A stretch of DNA of 64,000 nt from Macrostomum lignano (Eukaryota), in contig NIVC01002917.1 in assembly GCA_002269645.1 (NCBI GenBank), positions 1-64,000 of the forward strand. The letters are read 5' to 3'. The position numbers and the translations under genes are program-made. The notes beneath the pieces are model-generated. The model was not told the DNA's origin and made no database searches. It saw only the letters and a program-made list of their open reading frames with translations. Positions 17,701 through 64,000 of the stretch are shown here, piece by piece. The stretch's first letter is position 1; each line of letters starts with the position of its first letter.

Positions 17701-20700
17701 CTGGGCAGTGGCAGTGGTTGCAGGGAAATTGTCACCATTCGATAGAAATTTTATTCCTAAATGAACATTTTATCAGGTTTGAAAAGACCTGGTGCGCGAA
17801 GGCTGACAGTAGGCTCTTAGGAATAAACTAGCAAACAGAGCTCCCCGTTGGGGCGCCAGCAAAGAATGGAATAATTTTTTTTTGAATAAACTGCATGTAG
17901 CTTCTGACCTTATCCTTGGCATTTCAGCAATTCCCCTCGTAAGCCTTGACATCTCAGCAATTCCCCTCGTAAGCCTTGGCATCTCAGCAATTCCCCTCGT
18001 AAGCCTTGAAATTTCAGCAATCCCAACCCCCAGTGAGCCTTGACGTCTCAGTTTATACAATAATAACTAAAAAAATACATTACGGAGATAGGAGGTGTTC
18101 ATTTTTTCATAACAAATAGTGTATTCTTCTTTTGATACGTCTTGCCCTTCTTATAGCTCTATTGATATTGACAAAGGTTTTCGTTTAAAAAATAGGATTT
18201 TATGTTAATTTTATATCCTACGTATATTTCCTATGCCCAAAATCGATTTGTTTTATGAATCTATTTTTTATCATTCTGTCACACAGTCATGAAGCTTTAA
18301 GAATGATAAAATAGATAGCTCAGGGGTCGGCAGCTCTTTTTTACTGGCCAATGATGGCCAATCTAGCGCATAACTGCGGACCAGGTGAAGGGAGAAGAGA
18401 GGGAAAGAGGAGGAGAGAGAGAGGAGAATAGAGGAGAGAAAAGAGAACAGGAGAGATGAGATATTGAGGTAAGAGAAAAGACACAAACATTGTGCTTTGG
18501 ATTGCTGTTGTGAAGTTTCAAAGGACCAGAGGGCCGGATAGAGAGGCTTCGCGGGCCGTATAGTTTGCCGACTCCTGCTCTAGCTGGTCAACCTTGCCTC
18601 TTATGCAGCAATGTACACTGTAATGTACAGTGAAATTCGTACAGACAAAAGGCTCCCTACGCGGCTGGAAAAGCTTTTCATAGTCTATGGCCAGCTACAC
18701 TGTCAACCACGCGGACAATGAATGGATTCGTATTTTCAGGCTTCGGAGTGACTAGTGATAATACTAATCATAGTAATCACCTCATTAATGAAGGAAATGA
18801 TGGGGCCGAGAATGCGGTTGATAATCTCCAGGAGGATGGAGAAATCCATAGCCTGACGGGCCGCGACCGCGTCGCCGTCGATGATGTCGAGTAGGCCAGA
18901 GATCACCAGGCTAAGAATGCTCTTAAAGATGGCTTTGTTGGCCTCGTGGATTCCGGAGACGCTGTCTGTAAATTAATTGACGTTTTACATGTACTTAAAA
19001 TTTTTTCAATGACCAGAGTTAATAATTGAGTTTTGAGACTCCTACCGATCAGGGTCTCAAGCGCCCTCTTGATAGCCTTGGCGAGGTCGCCAATCTCGAT
19101 GCCGATGTCGTGAAGAACGCCGATAATCTTGACGACCGGATCGCGGAGCAGCAGCGTCAGCTCGTCGATGAGGCGCTGCAATTTGGCCTTGGCTTCGTCG
19201 GTTTTGTCCTCGATCAGCATGCGGATCTGGTCCAAGATCTGGATGGGGTAATCGAAAGCTTTTGAAATAGATTTGATGCTGGACAATGTGTGTCTCTTCT
19301 GTGTGTGAGGATTTCTCCCTCAGGTTGTGTCACAGTTAATTAATGGTAGCTTGTGTCACAGGCTGTCTCCCTCAGGTTGTGTCTCAGTCAATGAATGGTA
19401 GCTTGTGTCACAGGCTGTCTCCCTCAGGTTGTGTCACAGGCTGTCTCCCTCAGGTTGTGTCACAAGCTGTCTCCCTCAGGTTGTGTCACAGGCTGTCTCC
19501 CTCAGGTTGTGTCAGTTAATTGAGTGGTTGCTTGTGTCACAGGCTGTCTCCCTCAGGTTGTGTCACAGGCTGTCTCCCTCAGGTTGTGTCACAGGCTGTC
19601 TCCCTCAGGTTGTGTCAGTTAATTGAGTGGTTGCTTGTGTCACAGGCTGTCTCCCTCAGGTTGTGTCACAGGCTGTCTCCCTCAGGTTGTGTCACAGGCT
19701 GTCTCCCTCAGGTTGTGTCAGTTAATTGAGTGGTTGCTTGTGTCACAGGCTGTCTCCCTCAGGTTGTGTCACAGGCTGTCTCCCTCAGGTTGTGTCACAG
19801 GCTGTCTCCCTCAGGTTGTGTCACAGGCTATCTCCCTCAGCTTGTGTCACAGGCTGTCTCCCTCAGGTTGTGTCACAGTCAATGAATGGTAGCTTGTGTC
19901 ACAGGCTGTCTCCCTCAGGTTGTGTCACAGTTAGTTAATGGTAGTTTGTGTCACAGGCTGTCTCCCTCAGGTTGTGTCACAGTTAGTTAATGGTAGCTTG
20001 TGTCACAGGCTGTCTCCCTCAGGTTGTGTCACAGTTTTCTGTGCCAGCTGATTTGTCAGGCTGGGTCACCGCCCCCTCCCTCAGTGCCAAGCACTCACCC
20101 CGTTGATCTTGCCCAGAATCGGCTGCACAATCCAGCCAATGATGCGGTCAATGATGAGGAAGGCCTCGTCGCGCTTGGGTGCCAGAAGGAAGCCTTTGCC
20201 AACGATGCCCGACACCAGGATGTCCGTCACCTTTTCGATGAGGAGGGCCACAGTCTCCGCACTGATGGAGGCAATTGAGCCGATACCGCCTGAAATAATA
20301 AAGTACATGGTGTCATTGAATCGGAAACTGTTACCAACTACAGTGCACCCCTCAGTCTGATAAATGATCTTACCAAGAACAGCAGCCACCAACTGTTTAA
20401 TGGCGTCCCTCACGTTGACAACCTCGCCGAGGATATTGTTCATGATGTCTATGATGCGGATAGCGAACGGCCGGATGAGCTCGGCGATGGCGTCGGCGTA
20501 GTCCAGAATGTTGTCTCCGATGATGCCGACCTGATCAATCAGGGACAGGATGAGGGACTGCACCTGGCGCTTGGCAAGCTCCAGGAGCGGCTGGATGAGC
20601 TTGTCAAGAATGCCGCGAGCCTGCTTGGGCTGGGCCAGCAGCTGCTGGAACACCTCCAGCTCGGCGGCGGTTGGCAGCAGCTTGTCCACGATGTAGTTGA

Positions 20701-23472
20701 TGAGAGACTTGATGATCTCCTTGTTGGCGTCGCCGATAACGCCAACGTATTCTGTTGTGCAGGTGGCATTTTTGGAGTAAGATTTTGAGCATATAGAGTA
20801 AGACATTCATTTTGGAGCTTCACAGTAGCATGAGGCATATTTACTCAAATTTTTATTCTAAGATCATTTTTATGCATTCAACATAACGCATAATTGGTAG
20901 TTAGGCTATTTTTAGAAGGTAAACCAGTATTACTAAAAGTAAAATAAATTATAAAAGTTATCATTTATTGGTAACTTAAAATTCGAGATTAAAACAAAAC
21001 AATTTTCGAGATTAGCAACTTTGTTTCTTGGAAAGCATAGTAATAAAAAGATGAAGATGATGAAGATGACTCCTGGAGGTGGGCAATCGTGCCTATTCCA
21101 CTGGCCATTGAACACGCACACTGATACGGATACGTACGCATGCACACACTCATACAGGTTGTACACTACAGCAACCATGACTTTTGTCACCGTCATTCCT
21201 GCACACTCTCTGTGCCTTGGAATTTGGCCCTCCTAGACACTTTTCACGGTGCCTGAACCCAAAATTGATGTCGCCACTCGCGCGGCTTCAAACCAAGGAC
21301 TTTGGCGCGAGAGTCGGACGCGTTAAACACTGATTTGCTCAGCCCCACCCCCCCCCCCAGAAAACGGCTCCTCACCGAACAGAGCCTCAACGGCCATGCG
21401 GCTGCCCCCCCCCCAGCAAACGGCTCCTCACCGAACAGAGCCTCAACGGCCATGCGGCAGCCCCCCCCCCCCAGCAAACGGCTCCTCACCGAACAGAGCC
21501 TCAACGGCCATGCGGCAGCCCCCCCCCAGCAAACGGCTCCTCACCGAACAGAGCCTCAACGGCCATGCGGCAGCCCCCCCCCCCCCAGCAAACGGCTCCT
21601 CACCGAACAGAGCCTCAACGGCCATGCGGAAGCCCCCCCCCCCAGCAAACGGCTCCTCACCGAACAGAGCCTCAACGGCCATGCGGATTCGCTCGCGAAG
21701 CTCCACGCCGGCGCCGATGATGTTGTTGATCTGGTCCAGAATCCTAATGACGAAGGGCCTGATCAGTTCGACAAGGGCGTCAATCATCTCCTTGACATTG
21801 CCGATGATGAGACCGCCCTGGTCCTTGATCGAGTTGATGATCGAGTTGATTTGCTGGAATAGTAAGAGAATGCAAATGGCATAGTAGTTGATTTTGGTAG
21901 TTATAAGGGATACAGATAGCAGATGCAGACACAGGTAATTAAAAGTAAATCTGTTCAGCAATGTCTCACAGTCAGCACCAACTGTTTCAGCGGCCTCAGC
22001 AGGATGTCGATGATGCCACTGATGAAGAAGCCAACTTCCTTCCGGTCAGCTTCTGTAGCACAGGATAGTAGTATAAAGCAGTATTACGAGTAATGTCAGA
22101 CTATATCAGGCAGGGGTAAAGGGCGCCCACCAACAGACAGGGGTAAGGGGAAATTATCAAGAGACAGGGGTAAGGGGAAATTATCAAGAGACAGGGGTAA
22201 GGGGCAATTATCAAGAGACAGGGGTAAGGGGCAATTATCAAGAGACAGGGGTAAGGGGCAATTATCAAGAGACAGGGGTAAGGGGCAATTATCAAGAGAC
22301 AGGGGTAAGGGGCAATTATCAAGAGACAGGGGTAAGGGGCAATTATCAAAAGACAGGGGTAAGGGGCGCCCATCAAGAGACAGGGGTAAGGTGCAATTAT
22401 CAAAAGACAGGGGTAAGGGGCAATTATCAAAAGACAGGGGTAAGGGGCAATTATCAAAAGACAGGGGTAAGGGGCAATTATCAAAAGACAGGGGTAAGGG
22501 GCAATTATCAAAAGACAGGGGTAAGGGGCAATTATCAAGAGACAGGGGTAAGGGGCGCCCATCAAGAGACAGGGGTAAGGGGCAATTATCAAGAGACAGG
22601 GGTAAGGGGCAATTATCAAGAGACAGGGGTAAGGGGCAATTATCAAAAGACAGGGGTAAGGTGCAATTATCAAGAGACAGGGGTAAGGTGCAATTATCAA
22701 GAGACAGGGGTAAGGGGCAATTATCAAGAGACAGGGGTAAGGGGCAATTATCAAGAGACAGGGGTAAGGGGCAATTATCAAAAGACAGGGGTAAGGTGCA
22801 ATTATCAAGAGACAGGGGTAAGGTGCAATTATCAAAAGACAGGGGTAAGGTGCAATTATCAAGAGACAGGGGTAAGGTGCAATTATCAAGACACAGGGGT
22901 AAGGGGCAATTATCAAGAGACAGGGGTAAGGGGCAATTATCAAGAGACAGGGGTAAGGGGCAATTATCAAGAGACAGGGGTAAGGTGCAATTATCAACAG
23001 ACAGTGGTAAGGGGCGCCCATCAAGAGACAGGGGTAAGGGGCGCCCATCAAGAGACAGGGGTAAGGGGCGCCCATCAAGAGACAGGGATAAGGGGCGCCC
23101 ATCAAGAGACAGGGATAAGGGGCGCCCATCAAGAGACAGGGCTAAGGGGCGCCCGTCAAGAGACAGGGCTAAGGGGCGCCCATCAAGAGAGAGGGCTAAG
23201 GGGCGCCCATCAAGAGACAGGGCTAAGGGGCGTATATTGACGCCCCTTAGGGTTGCGGCCCCTTTAAATTAATTTCCTGAGCGCGCCACTAAGAGTGCAA
23301 CTTGCTATGACATAAGGACAAACTACCAGTGTCCAGCGCACAGATGAAGCAGCTACTCACTTCCAGCTTCCTCAACCTGCGACTTCCGTCGGATTTCGGC
23401 GGCTGACGCAGTCAGGGCGGCCAGCCCGACGACTCCAAGCAGCAGCACTACCAGCCAGGACGACAATCTCAT
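17404..23472 (-). CDS. Uncharacterised secreted amphipathic alpha-helical repeat protein, 543 aa, 8 exons
   Basis: Exons 23472-23361, 22052-21970, 21853-21661, 20751-20374, 20289-20099, 19238-19046, 18965-18781, 17700-17404. All are GT-AG with consistent phases and total 1632 nt. Signal peptide MRLSSWLVVLLLGVVGLAALTASA; about four internal repeats of about 125 aa; no Cys. Confidence 0.85.
17914..18024. repeat. 30-bp tandem repeat, about 4 copies
   Basis: Unit CCTTGGCATTTCAGCAATTCCCCTCGTAAG. Confidence 0.9.
18321..18577. mobile_element. hAT-type MITE (CAGGGGTCGGCA termini)
   Basis: Ends CAGGGGTCGGCA and TGCCGACTCCTG (11/12 complementary). Flanks AGATAGCT and CTCTAGCT are only a partial TSD. 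A related copy lies at 42988. Confidence 0.6.
18781..18965 (-). CDS. Secreted protein exon 7
   Basis: DSVSGIHEANKAIFKS..GPIISFINE; phase 1-0. Confidence 0.82.
19046..19238 (-). CDS. Secreted protein exon 6
   Basis: ILDQIRML..RALETLI; 193 nt; phase 0-1. Confidence 0.85.
19310..20035. repeat. 26-bp minisatellite with periodic spacer variants (intron 5 of the secreted gene)
   Basis: Unit TTGTGTCACAGGCTGTCTCCCTCAGG. Confidence 0.97.
20099..20289 (-). CDS. Secreted protein exon 5
   Basis: GGIGSIAS..QPILGKING; phase 1-0. Confidence 0.85.
20374..20751 (-). CDS. Secreted protein exon 4
   Basis: EYVGVIGDANKEII..LVAAVL; phase 1-1. Confidence 0.85.
21343..21690 (-). repeat. 55-59-bp tandem repeat spanning an exon/intron junction, 6 copies
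   Basis: Minus-strand unit ATGGCCGTTGAGGCTCTGTTCG|GTGAGGAGCCGTTTGCT(G)9-13CTGCCGC. Confidence 0.95.
21661..21853 (-). CDS. Secreted protein exon 3
   Basis: QINSII..RIRMAVEALF; 193 nt; phase 0-1. Confidence 0.85.
21970..22052 (-). CDS. Secreted protein exon 2
   Basis: KADRKEVGFFISGIIDILLRPLKQLVLT; phase 1-0. Confidence 0.8.
22105..23232. repeat. 27-bp minisatellite, about 41 copies (intron 1 of the secreted gene)
   Basis: Unit AAGAGACAGGGGTAAGGGGCAATTATC; the GGGCGCCC variant is polarised to one end. Confidence 0.97.
23361..23472 (-). CDS. Secreted protein exon 1 (signal peptide)
   Basis: ATG at 23472; hydrophobic leader; GTGAGT donor. Confidence 0.8.
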
Positions 23473-24049
23473 TATTGTTGCAGAAATTCTTTCCGAAAAA
23501 GAAAATGAAATCTCAGACCAGCAAGCGGCTAACCAGTTCCCGCTGACGGAATTTATTTAGTATTATTAGGACGAAATCACCTGTTGAACAGTCGCCCTTC
23601 CCTCTCTCGCACAGGCCATTCTGCAGCTCCACTGCGTGCCTCAGCCAGCGAAACCTGGCCGAGCAGCTGCTGAGCTCCCAGTGATAACAGCAGCTCAAAG
23701 GTCGTTTTCAATACAAAGAAAAGGCATGCGCGAAGCCCCAATAGGGAGTTTTTTATCGGAGACACGATGCACCGAAACACTGCCTGCTAGGGTAATTCCA
23801 ACTTTGCGCAACGTGTGTGAGAATTTTGAAACAAGGCGCATGGCACCACACAATGAACTATTCCTTAGGCATAGTAGGTTAAGGTAAGAAAGAATTGAAG
23901 CAAATAAATATTGTCTGTGTATTTTGAACTGAAGTTGAAATAAGCATGGACAATGCTGATGGTTATAGTATAGGGCATTTCCTGCTTTATTTCGTTTTAC
24001 ATGTGCTTAGAATAAATTTACTCCTAGATGTCTATAGTCTAACAGACTA

Positions 24050-25085
24050 ATATACACCAGACACACTGAAGATACACCAGACACGCTGAAGATACACCAG
24101 ACACGCTGAAGATACACCAGACACACTGAAGATACACCAGACACACTGAAGATACACCAGACACACTGAAGATACACCAGACACGCTGAAGATACACCAG
24201 ACACGCTGAAGATACACCAGACACACTGAAGATACACCAGACACACTGAAGATACACCAGACACACTGAAGATACACCAGATACACTGAAGATACACCAG
24301 ATACACTGGAGATACACCAGACACACTGGAGATACACCAGACACACTGGAGATACACCAGATACACTGGAGATACACCAGACACACTGGAGATACACCAG
24401 ACACACTGGAGATACACCAGACACACTGAAGACACACCAGATACACTGGAGATACACCAGACACACTGAAGATACACCAGATACACTGGAGATACACCAG
24501 ACACACTGGAGATACACCAGACACACTGGAGATACACCAGATACACTGGAGATACACCAGACACACTGGAGATACACCAGACACACTGAAGACACACCAG
24601 ATACACTGGAGATACATCAGACCGACTGGAGATACACCAGACACACTGAAGATACACCAGATACACTGGAGATACACCAGACACACTGGAGATACACCAG
24701 ACACACTGGAGATACACCAGACACACTGAAGACACACCAGATACACTGGAGATACATCAGACCGACTGGAGATACACCAGACACACTGAAGATACACCAG
24801 ATACACTGAAGATACACCAGATACACGGGAGATACACCAGACACACTGGAGATACACCAGACACACTGGAGATACACCAGACACACTGACTGAAGATACA
24901 CCAGACACACTGAAGATACACCAGACACACTGAAGATACACCAGACACACTGGAGATACACCAGACACACTGGAGATACACCAGACACACTGGAGATACA
25001 CCAGACACACTGAAGATACACCAGACACACTGGAGATACACCAGACACACTGAAGATACACCAGACACACTGAAGATACACCGAA
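24050..25085. repeat. 20-bp minisatellite, about 50 copies (intergenic)
   Basis: Unit GATACACCAGACACACTG(A/G)A. Confidence 0.97.
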
Positions 25086-26406
25086 AAGCATACCAGAAAC
25101 GCATCAATCAGCCTCAAGACGCATACAATACCGAAACAACAATGTACCCTAACCATTGGCCCAATATTTATGAGCACGAGGCCTCAGTATAATTTCCTAT
25201 TAGACTTTATTAAATGATGAAAAGCCGAGGAAAAAGATGAGTATTAAATTATTTGATAAGTTATTGCACTAATATAATCAGCATTTGTTATATGCATCTT
25301 ATCCAATCAAGCAAATACAGCGGCTCATGACACGCAGTCCGAATAAAATTCTCATACTTTTTTCACAGGAAAAAGCAGAACAAACCAAAAAACCAGAGAG
25401 TCAGCAAATGAATTTTAGTCACGAAGCTGATATGGAGAGCGGAGATGCTGTGTACAATAATTCTAAACTTTTTTATTATAATGAGTAGACAGACAGTTAG
25501 GAAAGGCGGCCGGATATGGGAATAGCGACACCCCAACCCAGTACCCTCGGGCTTAAGAAACAGTGGAGTGTGTTAATCAAACCCACACCAGCAAATTGCA
25601 TCGCAAGCAAAGAGATGATTGATGAATAAGGTTAGGAAAGTAATTTAAAAGTAAATTAATCCAATTAAATTGAAGCGAGTAAAAAAGCAGTGATTTTTAG
25701 GCTCACTGACATGCATTTATCATGATAAAATTATGTACACAAACCAAAATCGGAAACACAACCCACTGATTAAACATTCTAGCAATGAAAAGTTAGGCAA
25801 CAGCAGACGCTCTTTAAAAAATAAACCTTTATTCATTAATTAGCAAAGCTATTGATATACGCAGGACAATATTGATGGGAAGCAAAATGGGTGAAAATTG
25901 GATTTATTGTCATAGTAATACTTACTCTCTCACGCGAGAGGCTTTTGCACACGTTTCTTACAAGTGAACTATTAATATTATGCAATTTTCTACTGGACAA
26001 CTTGGCTATTTGGCATCGCAGCTCACTGGGTAAGCCGTGTTGCTAGGGCCAGATGAAAAAGAAGGAGAGGAAGAGAGAAGCGAGCTGAGAAGAGACAAAC
26101 CTTGAGCTTCACAAGCTCAGAGGACCCGATTGCCGGATTTTGCTACCCCCTAAAAGTAGGAAGGACGTAAATCTCAAAAAAATTCCTAAGTTTACTTTGC
26201 CCTGCAGTGTTTCTGCCACTAAATGGTCTAATTTCTCATTGATTGTGGTCAATACCAGAAGTATTTTCCGTAAATTCAACTGCATAGAAGTCTTAGATGC
26301 GAAAATTGACCAATTATTGTGCTAGAACAAGACTTCGAAAGCAGGATTTGGGAGTGCCTGGTGAGGAGCCTCCTTTATTAATCAGCTGCCCACGATAGCC
26401 AAGCAA

Positions 26407-63070
<36,664 letters not shown>

Positions 63071-63164
63071 CTAAAAGTGCGAATTTTTGTTTGATGGGAT
63101 AATTTTATACTAATAATCAGTTTTTTCTTGTTCGAACTTCAAATGTCTCCTTTGGATCGACATT

Positions 63165-63440
63165 TCTTCTTCTCAGAGAATTCCCCTTCTCAGAGAATTC
63201 CCCTTCTCAGAGAATTCCCCTTCTCAGAGAATTCCCCTTCTCAGAGAATACCCCTTCTCAGAGAATTCCCCTTCTCAGATAATTCCCCTTCTCAGAGAAT
63301 TCCCCTTCTCAGAGAATTCCCCTTCTCAGAGAATTCCCCTTCTCAGAGAATTCCTCTTCTCAGAGAATTCCCCTTCTCAGAGAATTCCTCTTCTCAGAGA
63401 ATTCCTCTTCTCAGAGAATTCCCCTTCTCAGAGAATTTCC
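63165..63440. repeat. 17-bp minisatellite
   Basis: Unit TTCTCAGAGAATTCCCC. Confidence 0.95.
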
Positions 63441-64000
63441 CCTCTATTCTCACTAATCTCCTCTCTCTTTTTCTCTGCTCTCCCTGCTCCTCTCTTCTTC
63501 TTTTCTCTCCTCTCTCCTTTCTCCTTTCTCCTCTCTCCTCTCTCTTCTTTCCTCTCCCGTCTCCTCTCCTTCTCTCCTCTCCTCTCGTCTCCTGACTTTT
63601 TGTCTCGCCTCGCCTGTCGCCCCTCACCTCACCCTTTTCCTATCTCTCTTCTCTCTTCTCTCTTCTCTATTATCGTTCTCTTTTGCCGAATCCTTGGTCT
63701 AATCCAAAAAATATATATTTGTTGTTACCCTTCATTCTTTGCATTATAATAAGTGACGATGCACTTTTCCGTTTTCTTTTTTCTTCATGTTGATTTTTTG
63801 GATTTTTATTCGTCCTACTAAGTGAAGGGCGCAGCTTTATACCTGATTTCTATTGCTTGGATATAAAAAAACACATCAGGTATTGGTGTACAAACCCAAA
63901 TACAGGGTCAATACAATGAAAAACCCTGTGCAGAGAAAATGACTAGACAAAATAGAAGATTGGCAAATAGATTTGGATCTGTTAGAGGCAGTGGGAGATG

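Noticed and set aside
22101-25177. Long ORFs of 180-350 aa on both strands
   Set aside because: They are translations of stop-free 27-bp and 20-bp minisatellites.

Overview
Repeat-rich, intron-containing animal genomic DNA. The style (Ala/Gln-rich linkers, dense minisatellites) suggests a free-living flatworm such as Macrostomum, but that is inference only. Three spliced genes can be rebuilt from GT-AG sites with consistent reading phases. (1) A LicD/fukutin-family phosphotransferase on + (about 8.5-16.1 kb) whose main intron is about 6 kb of (TTAG)n. (2) An unrecognised 543-aa secreted, Cys-free, amphipathic-helix repeat protein on - (23472-17404, 8 exons); one of its exon/intron junctions is itself tandemly repeated six times. 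(3) The 3' part (18 exons, about 1670 aa, nine PDZ domains) of an MPDZ/PATJ-family scaffold on - (63070-26407), running off the right end of the window. The first 8 kb is a transposon graveyard: an RTE-like RT fragment, a 1.27-kb hAT derivative with perfect 8-bp TSDs, a 3.6-kb inverted duplication with outward-facing promoter cassettes, and a deleted RNase H-bearing LINE. Three tRNA-derived CORE-like SINEs and about 25 different tandem arrays are present, mostly in introns. Several array units match functional motifs: a 5' splice site, the Pol III A-box, kappaB-like sites and CRE. Exon boundaries were placed by eye; no database search was run.
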